Source: Aliivibrio fischeri ES114
GTDB taxonomy: Bacteria > Pseudomonadota > Gammaproteobacteria > Enterobacterales > Vibrionaceae
Length of the DNA stretch: 32,000 bases
Direction: 5' to 3' (one strand)
Assembly (NCBI RefSeq): GCF_000011805.1
Contig: NC_006840.2
The position numbers and the translations under genes were made by a program. The notes under the pieces are model-generated. The model saw only the letters and a list, made by a program, of their open reading frames with translations, did no database searches and was not told the DNA's origin. Positions 1 through 8,249 of this stretch are shown here, piece after piece. Position 1 is the stretch's first letter; the number at the start of each line of letters is the position of its first letter.

Positions 1-195
1 TATTACATTCACCCAGTGAAGATTGTGTTGTCTGGCGAATATTTTGATATTGAAGAGTACCTCTCTCACTTAGAGACACTTCCTGTAAAATATTACTGGC
101 GAAACTTTCATTATGAAGTGAAAAAATACCCTATTGCAGAAGTCACAATCGAAGTTTACACCCTTGGTTCAAGTCGTGGGTTTATTGGTGGTTAA
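1..195 (+). CDS. mshJ: MSHA biogenesis protein MshJ (PilO-like), C-terminal fragment; 5' end lies outside the window
   Basis: Frame +1 is open from nt 1 to TAA 193-195 (...YYWRNFHYEVKKYPIAEVTIEVYTLGSSRGFIGG*). The stop lies 1 nt before the mshK ATG. Identity is assigned from its position in the canonical mshI-J-K-L order, not from a recognisable motif. Confidence 0.6.
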   Translation, partial: YYIHPVKIVLSGEYFDIEEYLSHLETLPVKYYWRNFHYEVKKYPIAEVTIEVYTLGSSRGFIGG

Positions 196-196
196 T

Positions 197-538
197 ATGA
201 AAAATCGCTTTTTAGTTTTTATTCTTATGTCTTTACCACTTTCAGTATCTGCATCTGAAGCGGTATTGGGGCATGATCCAACAGAACCATTAAGTTGGAG
301 TACTCCTGCTCCAGCTCAAAAAAAGGTAATAAAAAAACGTCAATATTTCCCTTCTTTGCAGGCAATAAATTGCAATGCGAAGTCTGATTGTTATGCCGTG
401 TTAGATGATAAATCAATGAAAAGAGGCGATAAAGTCTCAGGTTATACATTATTAACAATTGGTGAAGAAAGCGTTTCGATTGGTCGTGCGGGTAAGCAAT
501 GGCAACTTTCTCTATTTCCACAAAATATTAAAAATTAA
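197..538 (+). CDS. mshK: MSHA biogenesis protein MshK (small secreted/periplasmic, PilP-like position)
   Basis: ATG 197 is in frame with track ORF 134..538 and sits 1 nt after the mshJ stop. The product starts MKNRFLVFILMSLPLSVSASE, a cleavable signal peptide. The gene lies immediately upstream of the secretin gene. Confidence 0.75.
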   Translation: MKNRFLVFILMSLPLSVSASEAVLGHDPTEPLSWSTPAPAQKKVIKKRQYFPSLQAINCNAKSDCYAVLDDKSMKRGDKVSGYTLLTIGEESVSIGRAGKQWQLSLFPQNIKN

Positions 539-549
539 GGTTTGCAGTA

Positions 550-2190
550 ATGAAAGTACGTAATGTCATCATTGGTTTCATGGTTGCCTCTTTAACAGGT
601 TGCTCAATGGGTCATCGTGACCCTGTTGAAATTAAACAGACCTTAGATAAATCCATTAATGAAAATGGGGGGCTGCTACTTGCTGATTTACCCGCTTCAG
701 TACAAGCTGATTTAATGCCTGAGCTAAACACGCCTCATGTTGAAGTTGAAGAGCCTGTGAAACGTTTCAGAGTCAGAGCAAATGGGGTAGGTGCAAAAGC
801 ATTTTTTACGAGTTTAGTGAAAGGAACGGAATACAGTGTCGTTATTCATCCTCAGGTTTCTGGTCGTATTACGATGAACTTGAGTGATGTGACCATGGAT
901 GATGTTCTGTCATCGGTTGAAGACTTATATGGGTACGATATCGTTAAAGCAGGAAAAGTATTACAAGTTTATCCAGCGACGATTCGTACAGAGACTATTC
1001 CTGTTGATTATTTACAGCTTACTCGTAAAGGACGTTCATTAACGACGATTACGACAGGGTCGATTACCAACTCGGACAATAATTCATCAAATAACAATAA
1101 CTCAAGTTCTAAATCAAACAATAATTCATCGTCGTCGTCATCTTCTGCTACCGGTGGAACAGAGATTGAAACAACGAGTGAGAGCGATTTTTGGAAAGAG
1201 TTAGAAACGGCTATTTCTGTGATGATAGGAAATGGAGCGGATCGAAGCGTTGTTGTATCTCCTCAAGCGAGTGTTGTTACTATTACTGCCTCTCCTGATG
1301 AATTACGTAAAGTTAAACAATTTTTAGGAACCTCTCATAAGCGATTACAACGTCAAGTGATCCTAGAGGCTAAATTACTTGAAGTCACATTAAGTGATGG
1401 TTATCAGCAAGGTATTAATTGGTCGAACCTAACAGCATCATTAGGTGGTACAGATGTTGTCTTTGGGCAGACTTCTGGCCTTGTTCAAGGTGCATTACCT
1501 GGAATGGATACCATTGGAACATTGTTAGGTGGGCAAACAAACATTACGGTTTCAGATGGTAACTTCCAAGCTGTATTAAGTTTTATGGATACACAAGGTG
1601 ACTTAAATGTACTTTCAAGCCCGAGAGTGACTGCTGCAAATAACCAAAAAGCGGTGATTAAAGTCGGTCGTGACGAGTACTACGTAACTGAAGTATCAAG
1701 TGTTACTGGTAGTGGTGACAACTCTAATGCTTCTCCAGAAGTAACATTAACGCCTTTCTTCTCAGGTATTTCTTTAGATGTGACACCTCAAATCGATGAT
1801 AAGGGTAATGTTATGTTACATGTTCACCCATCAGTTATTGATGTGGAGAACGAGGTAAAAGAGATTGATTTAGGTGATGTTGGTGGCGTACTGAAATTAC
1901 CATTAGCAAAGAGCTCAATTCGTGAATCAGATTCTGTGATCCGAGCGAAAAGTGGTGATGTGGTCGTTATTGGTGGTTTGATGAAATCACAAACGGTTGA
2001 CCAAGTATCGAAAGTACCATTACTAGGTGATGTTCCTGCATTAGGGCATTTATTTAGAAATGTCAGTCAGCTAACTCAAAAAACGGAATTGGTTATTTTA
2101 TTAAAGCCAACGGTTGTCGGTGTAGATACTTGGCAAGAAGAATTAGAACGTTCTCGTGACTTATTACAAGAATGGTTTCCAGACGAGTAA
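550..2190 (+). CDS. mshL: MSHA pilus secretin MshL (GspD/PilQ family), lipoprotein
   Basis: 546 aa. Lipobox LTGC at residues 15-18 (MKVRNVIIGFMVASLTGCS). C-terminal secretin signature VPLLGDVPALGHLFR. Long beta-rich secretin domain. Confidence 0.93.
   Translation: MKVRNVIIGFMVASLTGCSMGHRDPVEIKQTLDKSINENGGLLLADLPASVQADLMPELNTPHVEVEEPVKRFRVRANGVGAKAFFTSLVKGTEYSVVIHPQVSGRITMNLSDVTMDDVLSSVEDLYGYDIVKAGKVLQVYPATIRTETIPVDYLQLTRKGRSLTTITTGSITNSDNNSSNNNNSSSKSNNNSSSSSSSATGGTEIETTSESDFWKELETAISVMIGNGADRSVVVSPQASVVTITASPDELRKVKQFLGTSHKRLQRQVILEAKLLEVTLSDGYQQGINWSNLTASLGGTDVVFGQTSGLVQGALPGMDTIGTLLGGQTNITVSDGNFQAVLSFMDTQGDLNVLSSPRVTAANNQKAVIKVGRDEYYVTEVSSVTGSGDNSNASPEVTLTPFFSGISLDVTPQIDDKGNVMLHVHPSVIDVENEVKEIDLGDVGGVLKLPLAKSSIRESDSVIRAKSGDVVVIGGLMKSQTVDQVSKVPLLGDVPALGHLFRNVSQLTQKTELVILLKPTVVGVDTWQEELERSRDLLQEWFPDE
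1069..1146 (+). repeat. Low-complexity Asn/Ser-coding tract inside mshL (NSDNNSSNNNNSSSKSNNNSSSSSSS)
   Basis: The 13-mer ACAATAATTCATC occurs twice, in frame, at 1076-1088 and 1118-1130. (TCG)3-TCA-TCT-TCT lies at 1129-1146. Confidence 0.7.
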
Positions 2191-2202
2191 TCAAAAACTG
2201 GC

Positions 2203-3051
2203 ATGTATGAAGCTCACTTTGGGTTAAAGCAGTTACCATTTACACTGACACCCAATACCTCACTGTTTCATGGCTTATCGCCTCATTATGAGGCGATTCA
2301 TACCGTGTTGTCTGCGATTTCGATGGGGGAAGGGATCATCAAGGTTACAGGTGAGGTGGGAACCGGAAAAACATTAGTCTGCCGAATGTTGATTAATGAG
2401 TTACCTTCCAATGTGGAATTACTTTACCTTCCGAATCCGGTAATGAATGGTCATGAGCTTCGACAAGCTTTAGCAAAAGAGTTATGGCTTGATCAAAGTG
2501 GTGATGATATTGCATTGATTGATCGTATCCATGAAAAAATTATTGATCTACATGCCGAAGGAAAATTAGTCGTAGTATTCATTGATGAAGCTCAAGCCCT
2601 AAGTGATGAAGCATTAGAAACATTACGTTTGTTTGGCAACTTAGAGACAGACTATAAAAAATTGTTACAGATAGTGCTGTTTGGGCAGCCTGAATTGGAC
2701 GAGAGATTACAACAACATAACTTAAGGCAATTGAGGCAACGAATAACGTTTTCTGCTTTATTGAGAGCATTAAATATGAATGAAACCGTCGCTTACATTC
2801 GATATAGGATAGCTGAGTCTGGATGTGAGAATAATCCATTTTCGCTTGTTCAAATGAAAGCGATATGGAAGGCAACAAATGGTATTCCTCGCTTAATTAA
2901 TCAGGTTTGTCATAAATCTTTGTTAATTGCCTTTTCAGAGCAAGTGAATAACGTGCCTTCAAAAGCCGTGTTTAACGCCATTATTGATACGGCTGATACT
3001 GTTAAACCTAAGCATTACTTCCCAACATTTTGGGGATGGAGAGTTTCGTGA
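2203..3051 (+). CDS. mshM: MSHA biogenesis ATPase MshM (ExeA/GspA-like AAA+)
   Basis: 282 aa. Walker A GEVGTGKT and Walker B VVVFIDEAQ. Canonical position after mshL. Confidence 0.9.
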   Translation: MYEAHFGLKQLPFTLTPNTSLFHGLSPHYEAIHTVLSAISMGEGIIKVTGEVGTGKTLVCRMLINELPSNVELLYLPNPVMNGHELRQALAKELWLDQSGDDIALIDRIHEKIIDLHAEGKLVVVFIDEAQALSDEALETLRLFGNLETDYKKLLQIVLFGQPELDERLQQHNLRQLRQRITFSALLRALNMNETVAYIRYRIAESGCENNPFSLVQMKAIWKATNGIPRLINQVCHKSLLIAFSEQVNNVPSKAVFNAIIDTADTVKPKHYFPTFWGWRVS

Positions 3052-4181
3052 GTGTGACTAATAAAGCGTTATTAAATATAACTCGACAAGATGAAAATAA
3101 AGAAAAGCAGCACTCATTATCTCCTGCGGATATACCGAATGTTGAATCAAAATATAAAGCATCGTTTTTCTTTGCTATCGGTGTACTTAGTTCTTTGTCG
3201 CTAATTGGTTGGTCAACATTAAGTGGATCGACAGAGCAAAATGTAGGGTTGAAAGTGAGTGAGCATACTCAACAACAAGCTCTAACGAATGAAGTGAGTG
3301 AACACGCTTCGAGCAATATTAAAACAGCTCAATTATCGATTTCACCAACGAAAAAAGAATCAACATCAGCGGTAAGTTCTATTTATGCTGAGAAGCCATT
3401 ATCGGTGGATAAGATTGAAGTGACAGCTTCGGTTCGTAGTCAGTCTACTCAGTATCATTCTGCAGTGGATAAACCACAATTGATAACATCGACAGAGATT
3501 GCTAAACCAACATCAAAGTCGACATCAATTGTTCCTGCAACGTCAAAAGAGCAAGCACAAGCTAATGAAATGTTGCAAGTTGAAGAAGTTGAATTGTTGC
3601 CATCAGAGCTAGCTCATAGAAGTAGAGATGCTGCTAAAAAAGCATTGGATAGATCTGATTTTAAAGCGGCGATGAAAGAGTATTACACCGTACTTAAGTA
3701 TCAACCTAGTGATGAAGAGTCACGAAAAAGACTCGCAGCTTTGCTTTATGGTAAACGTGATGTAAGTGAAGCAGCGGCCATTCTTCAACAAGGTATAAAG
3801 CTTAATGATGACAGTGTAGATCTAAGGTTAGCGTTGTCGAGTCTATTACAAAAAGAGCAACAGCCAGAAGCAGCTCTTTCTGTATTGGAATATATCCCTG
3901 TTGGTGCGTCAGTTGATTATCTTGCAACCCGTGGTGGCTTAGCTCAACAGTTGAAGTTGATGGACTTAGCAAAAGAAAGTTATCAGATGTTGGTTAACCA
4001 AGAACCAGATAATGGCCGTTGGTGGTTAGGTTTAGCGATCGTTTATGAAAGAGAAGCAAAAGTAAAATCTGCTTATGAGGCATACCAGACAGCATTAATT
4101 AAGCCGGGTTTATCTCGCTCGTCTCAAGCGTTTGTTCGTGATCGCATTAAATTATTAGCAACAATGGAAGGAATTGAGTAA
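3048..4181 (+). CDS. mshN: MSHA biogenesis protein MshN (membrane-anchored TPR protein)
   Basis: One TM segment (FFFAIGVLSSLSLIGW), a long Ser/Thr/Gln-rich linker, and C-terminal TPR-like repeats (AMKEYYTVLKYQPSDEESRKRLAALLY; WWLGLAIVYEREAKVKSAYEAYQTAL). The start is uncertain. GTG 3048 has GGAG at 3038-3041 and a GTGA overlap with the mshM stop, so I prefer it over ATG 3036 or the track start TTG 3030. Confidence 0.8.
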   Translation: MSVTNKALLNITRQDENKEKQHSLSPADIPNVESKYKASFFFAIGVLSSLSLIGWSTLSGSTEQNVGLKVSEHTQQQALTNEVSEHASSNIKTAQLSISPTKKESTSAVSSIYAEKPLSVDKIEVTASVRSQSTQYHSAVDKPQLITSTEIAKPTSKSTSIVPATSKEQAQANEMLQVEEVELLPSELAHRSRDAAKKALDRSDFKAAMKEYYTVLKYQPSDEESRKRLAALLYGKRDVSEAAAILQQGIKLNDDSVDLRLALSSLLQKEQQPEAALSVLEYIPVGASVDYLATRGGLAQQLKLMDLAKESYQMLVNQEPDNGRWWLGLAIVYEREAKVKSAYEAYQTALIKPGLSRSSQAFVRDRIKLLATMEGIE

Positions 4182-5905
4182 TGCGTCTTAAGTTAAGAAA
4201 AAGACTTGGTGATCTATTAGTCGAAGAAAACATTGTTACTGAAGAGCAAATCGAACAGGCTCTTTCGACTCAAAAGAAAACAGGGCGAAAGTTAGGGGCA
4301 ACATTAATTCAGTTAGGTTTCCTGAGTGAAAAACAAATGTTGACGTTTTTATCTCAGCAGTTGGGTGTCCCTTTAGTTGATTTGAACCGTGCTGAAATTG
4401 ATGCAGCAGCCGTGCAATTGTTGCCTGAAGTACATGCTCGTCGCTTACGTGCATTAGTTCTTAGTCAGCAAGGTAATACGATTCGAGTAGCAATGAGTGA
4501 TCCTGCTGATCTGTCTGCTCAAGAAGCGTTGTTTTCACAGCTTCAGCAATATCAGGTAGAAATGGTTATTGCTTCTGAAAGACAGCTCGTTGATAGCTTT
4601 GACCGTTTCTATCGTAGAACCAAAGAAATCGCTTCATTTGCAGAAAAATTGCATTCAGAGCATCAAGTTAACGACGATTTTAATTTTGGTATATCAGATA
4701 ACGATAATGAAGAAGTTACCGTTGTTAAGCTGATTAACTCATTATTCGAAGATGCGATTCAAGTTGGTGCTTCAGATATACATATTGAACCGGATGAAAG
4801 AGTCCTGCGTTTACGTCAACGTATTGATGGGGTATTACACGAAACATTATTAAATGAAGTTAATATCGCTTCAGCACTGGTTTTACGTTTAAAACTGATG
4901 GCGAATTTGGATATTTCTGAAAAACGTTTGCCACAAGATGGACGATTTAACATTAAATCTCGTGGTCAATCTGTAGATATTCGTTTATCGACAATGCCTG
5001 TTCAATATGGTGAATCGGTTGTTATGCGTTTATTGAATCAGACATCTGGCGTTCAAGAACTAGAACAATCTGGATTACCTGAGCATTTACTTACTCGTCT
5101 GCGTAAACAACTCCGTCGTCCACATGGCATGATCTTAGTTACGGGGCCTACAGGTTCTGGTAAAACGACAACATTGTATGGTGCTTTAAGTGAATTAAAT
5201 CAGCCAAGCAAGAAAATCATTACAGCAGAAGACCCGGTTGAATACCGTTTACCTCGTGTTAATCAGGTACAAGTAAATAGCAAAATTGATTTAAGCTTTT
5301 CAAAAATTTTAAGAACATTCTTGCGTCAAGACCCGGATATTATCCTTATTGGTGAGATGCGTGATCAAGAAACCGTGGAAATTGGTTTACGTGCCGCTCT
5401 AACGGGTCACTTAGTGTTATCTACATTACATACGAATGACTCGGTTGATAGTGCATTACGTATGATGGATATGGGAGCGCCAGGTTATCTGGTTGCTAGT
5501 GCAGTTCGTGCGGTATTAGCGCAGCGTCTAGTTAAAAAAGTGTGTCCAGAGTGCTCTGCTCCTGATGAGTTAGATGAAGCGAGAAAGCAGTGGGTACAAA
5601 GCCGTTTTCCAAATCAAGTTGGAGTAACTTTCCAACGAGGAAATGGATGTCAAAGTTGTAATTTGACAGGCTACCGTGGCCGTATTGGTGTGTTTGAATT
5701 ACTTGAATTAGATCAGCCAATGATGGATGCATTAAGAGCAAATGATGCGGTTGGTTTTTCACAAAAGGCACGTCAAAACCCTGATTATAAGCCATTGCTT
5801 GCTTCTGCAATGGAGCTTGCGATGAGTGGTGTGATTAGCTTGGATGAAGTGATGGTATTAGGTGAAGGAGATAATGCATCTTCTCATCAACCAATATTGA
5901 TGTAG
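4181..5905 (+). CDS. mshE: MSHA pilus extension ATPase MshE (GspE/PilB family, c-di-GMP receptor)
   Basis: 574 aa. Walker A GPTGSGKTTT, Walker B DPDIILIGEMRD, His box GHLVLSTLHTND, tetracysteine CPEC...CQSC. N-terminal tandem MshEN motifs. The ATG overlaps the mshN TAA (TAATG). Confidence 0.96.
   Translation: MRLKLRKRLGDLLVEENIVTEEQIEQALSTQKKTGRKLGATLIQLGFLSEKQMLTFLSQQLGVPLVDLNRAEIDAAAVQLLPEVHARRLRALVLSQQGNTIRVAMSDPADLSAQEALFSQLQQYQVEMVIASERQLVDSFDRFYRRTKEIASFAEKLHSEHQVNDDFNFGISDNDNEEVTVVKLINSLFEDAIQVGASDIHIEPDERVLRLRQRIDGVLHETLLNEVNIASALVLRLKLMANLDISEKRLPQDGRFNIKSRGQSVDIRLSTMPVQYGESVVMRLLNQTSGVQELEQSGLPEHLLTRLRKQLRRPHGMILVTGPTGSGKTTTLYGALSELNQPSKKIITAEDPVEYRLPRVNQVQVNSKIDLSFSKILRTFLRQDPDIILIGEMRDQETVEIGLRAALTGHLVLSTLHTNDSVDSALRMMDMGAPGYLVASAVRAVLAQRLVKKVCPECSAPDELDEARKQWVQSRFPNQVGVTFQRGNGCQSCNLTGYRGRIGVFELLELDQPMMDALRANDAVGFSQKARQNPDYKPLLASAMELAMSGVISLDEVMVLGEGDNASSHQPILM
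4202..4360 (+). other. MshEN c-di-GMP-binding region of MshE (two 24-residue motifs separated by a 5-residue spacer)
   Basis: Residues 8-31 are RLGDLLVEENIVTEEQIEQALSTQ. The spacer is KKTGR. Residues 37-60 are KLGATLIQLGFLSEKQMLTFLSQQ. Compared with the published consensus RLGxx(L/V/I)(L/V/I)xxG(L/V/I)(L/V/I)xxxxLxxxLxxQ. Confidence 0.8.
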
Positions 5906-5914
5906 GCATAAATC

Positions 5915-7141
5915 ATGGCAATTTTTAAATACAGTGGAAGAAACCTTCGAGGTGAGTCAGTTTCTGGTTCAATTGAAGCGACATCTCAAGAATCTGCTGC
6001 TGAACAGTTGATGAATGATGGAGTGATTCCTACTGGAATAAAAGCCAATAAATTTGGTGGAACATCTCGCTCCATGGACTGGAAAAAATGGTTGCAGCCA
6101 AGCATTCCTTTAGAGGTTTTGGTTATTTTTTGTCGTCAAATGTACAGCTTAACTAAAGCGGGTGTGCCTTTACTGCGAGCAATGAATGGCTTAGCTCAGA
6201 ACAGTAATAACAAATTATTAAAAACAACATTGGAAGAGGTGACTGCTGATTTAACTAACGGGCGAAGTTTGTCTGTATCTATGCAGCAACACCCACAAGT
6301 GTTTAGCTCTTTGTTTGTTTCAATGATCCATGTTGGTGAGAATACCGGTCGATTGGATCAATCTCTCATGCAATTGGCTAATTACTACGAACAAGAGATG
6401 GAGACCCGTAAGCGAATTAAGTCAGCAATGCGTTATCCCGTATTTGTTTTAACTTTTATTTTGCTTGCGATGTTTGTACTAAATATCAAAGTGATCCCTC
6501 AGTTTGCAGGGATGTTTGCTCGTTTTGGTGTGGAATTACCATTGCCAACTCGAATACTTATCGCAACATCGAGTTTCTTTGTTAATTATTGGCATTTATT
6601 AATTGGCGCAATGACTGGCGCGATGTTTGCTTTTCAAGCTTGGATTAGCCGAGCTGAAGGCCGAGAAAAATGGGATAAATTTCGATTACGTTTACCGATT
6701 GTTGGTGGAATTGTCACTCGAGCTCAAATGTCTCGTTTCTCAAGAACATTTGCATTGATGTTGAAGTCGGGGGTTCCATTAAATCAATCCCTTGCACTAT
6801 CAGCAGAGTCTCTAGGGAATAAATATTTAGAGAACCGATTACTAGAAATGAAAGCTGGCATTGAATCGGGTACCAGTATGTCTGCGACAGCGGCACAAAG
6901 TGGAATCTTTACTCCTTTGGTACAACAGATGATTGCGGTTGGCGAAGAGACGGGTCAAATAGACGATTTACTATTGGAAGTCTCTGATTTTTATGATCGT
7001 GAAGTGGATTATGATTTGAAGACGTTAACTGCACGAATTGAACCTATTCTATTGGTCATTGTGTCGGGGATGGTATTGATTTTAGCATTAGGTATTTTCT
7101 TACCGATGTGGAATATGTTGGATGTAGTAAAGGGAACCTAA
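5915..7141 (+). CDS. mshG: MSHA pilus platform protein MshG (GspF/PilC family)
   Basis: 408 aa. Duplicated GspF-type cytoplasmic domains and three hydrophobic segments (YPVFVLTFILLAMFVL, LLIGAMTGAMFAF, ILLVIVSGMVLILALGIFLPMW). Confidence 0.93.
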   Translation: MAIFKYSGRNLRGESVSGSIEATSQESAAEQLMNDGVIPTGIKANKFGGTSRSMDWKKWLQPSIPLEVLVIFCRQMYSLTKAGVPLLRAMNGLAQNSNNKLLKTTLEEVTADLTNGRSLSVSMQQHPQVFSSLFVSMIHVGENTGRLDQSLMQLANYYEQEMETRKRIKSAMRYPVFVLTFILLAMFVLNIKVIPQFAGMFARFGVELPLPTRILIATSSFFVNYWHLLIGAMTGAMFAFQAWISRAEGREKWDKFRLRLPIVGGIVTRAQMSRFSRTFALMLKSGVPLNQSLALSAESLGNKYLENRLLEMKAGIESGTSMSATAAQSGIFTPLVQQMIAVGEETGQIDDLLLEVSDFYDREVDYDLKTLTARIEPILLVIVSGMVLILALGIFLPMWNMLDVVKGT

Positions 7142-7143
7142 TT

Positions 7144-7599
7144 ATGTCAGCAACCCGGATTTTATGGGGCGCGCTTGTCATTATTTTATTGGCTGTGATT
7201 TTTATTAATTGGGAAAAAATCGAACCCGAAGTAGAAGATACAGCAGTCATTATGACAAGTAGAGAGATACTCTCTTCGGCAAATGAGTTTAAAAATTATT
7301 GGGTTGTTAATGGGCAACCTAAGACAATGGTAAAAGATGATATAGAAGTCAGTTTCAGCTCTTTAGGGTGGCCGATAGCACTTAAAGAAAATGATGAGAT
7401 TGACTGTCTGCAATGGTTACATCTTTTGTTACCCAATAAAGATAAAATTTATGCGGACAGCATCGAAATTAAAAAGCCGGAATTAGCAAAAAAAGAGCAG
7501 TATCGTTGTGACTATAGTACGGCAAATGGTAAGGTGGTTTCGGTAATGTTAGTAAAAGATGCATTAAAAGTAAGTGTCGGATTTATAGAAAAAAAATAA
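7144..7599 (+). CDS. mshF: MSHA biogenesis protein MshF (small single-pass membrane protein)
   Basis: ATG 7144 lies 2 nt after the mshG stop, with AGGGA at 7131-7135 as a Shine-Dalgarno (SD) sequence. The N-terminus MSATRILWGALVIILLAVIFI is a TM helix. This is the last gene of the assembly module. Track start 7108 would overlap mshG by 34 nt and is less likely. Confidence 0.7.
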   Translation: MSATRILWGALVIILLAVIFINWEKIEPEVEDTAVIMTSREILSSANEFKNYWVVNGQPKTMVKDDIEVSFSSLGWPIALKENDEIDCLQWLHLLLPNKDKIYADSIEIKKPELAKKEQYRCDYSTANGKVVSVMLVKDALKVSVGFIEKK

Positions 7600-7610
7600 G
7601 TGGCAAATTT

Positions 7611-7641
7611 TTGACGAACGCCGTATTTTTTTTTGTATAAT
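7611..7641 (+). promoter_or_regulatory. Candidate sigma70 promoter of the structural operon (P-mshB)
   Basis: TTGACG at 7611-7616 and TATAAT at 7636-7641 with a 19-nt spacer containing T9 (7626-7634). This is the only sizeable gap between mshF and mshB, and it would give a leader of about 38 nt. By-eye motif match only. Confidence 0.4.
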
Positions 7642-7685
7642 CCCTTACAATTCATGGAAAAATTAAGATAGAGAGAAGCAGTACA

Positions 7686-8249
7686 ATGAAGACACAAAAA
7701 GGTTTCTCACTGGTTGAGCTAGTGATTGTAATTGTTGTAATTGGTCTATTAGCTACAGTGGCATTACCTCGTTTTTTAGATGTCAGTCTTGAGGCGAAAA
7801 AAGCAAGTATTGAAGGTGTCGCAGGTGGCTATGCCACGGCTGTTCTTTCTGCAAGAGCACAATGGGAAGCGGAAGCTCGACCAAAAACCGACGGTTACAA
7901 TGCGGTTAGCTATGATGGTACTGAATTTTGGCTAACGGATCCTTCTCAAGCAAATCAAGCAAACTACCGTCCAGGTTATCCAATTGCACCACGAGAAGAT
8001 TTAGATGGTAATGATACGGGGAGCTACCCAGCATCACTAACATCAAAAGAGTGTATTTTACTGATGGAAATGCTGTTACAGAATGCACCGCATGTGACTG
8101 ACGATAAAAATGATAATGAAGGTAAATATCTTGCTGAAGTGATCAGTGAGAATGGCCGTAGTCAATGTAAATACACACAACAAGAAAATGAAGGTCACTT
8201 TTTTACTTACGAGCCTGAATCAGGTCGTGTTGTTGTGACATTACAATAA
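7686..8249 (+). CDS. mshB: MSHA minor pilin MshB
   Basis: Type IV prepilin signal MKTQKG|FSLVELVIVIVVIGLLA (Gly-1, Phe+1, Glu+5). 187 aa. SD-like AGAGAGAAG at 7670-7678. Confidence 0.88.
   Translation: MKTQKGFSLVELVIVIVVIGLLATVALPRFLDVSLEAKKASIEGVAGGYATAVLSARAQWEAEARPKTDGYNAVSYDGTEFWLTDPSQANQANYRPGYPIAPREDLDGNDTGSYPASLTSKECILLMEMLLQNAPHVTDDKNDNEGKYLAEVISENGRSQCKYTQQENEGHFFTYEPESGRVVVTLQ

Noticed and set aside
134-196. Upstream extension of the mshK ORF (track start 134).
   Set aside because: It overlaps the mshJ 3' end by 62 nt in another frame. ATG 197 gives a canonical signal peptide right at the N-terminus.
225-521. Antisense ORFs within msh genes: 225..521, 2579..2878, 4236..4454, 5532..5810, 6714..6896, 7906..8088, 9380..9677, 12198..12380 and 14196..14511.
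   Set aside because: They lie fully inside, or largely overlap, strongly supported genes on the opposite strand. They have no SD or start context, and their composition is that expected of shadow frames.
7601-7616. Sigma54-like TGGCAA-N5-TTGAC upstream of mshB.
   Set aside because: At the fixed -24/-12 spacing the -12 dinucleotide is AC (7614-7615) rather than GC, and the -24 element is also imperfect. The TTGAC is better explained as the sigma70 -35 element.
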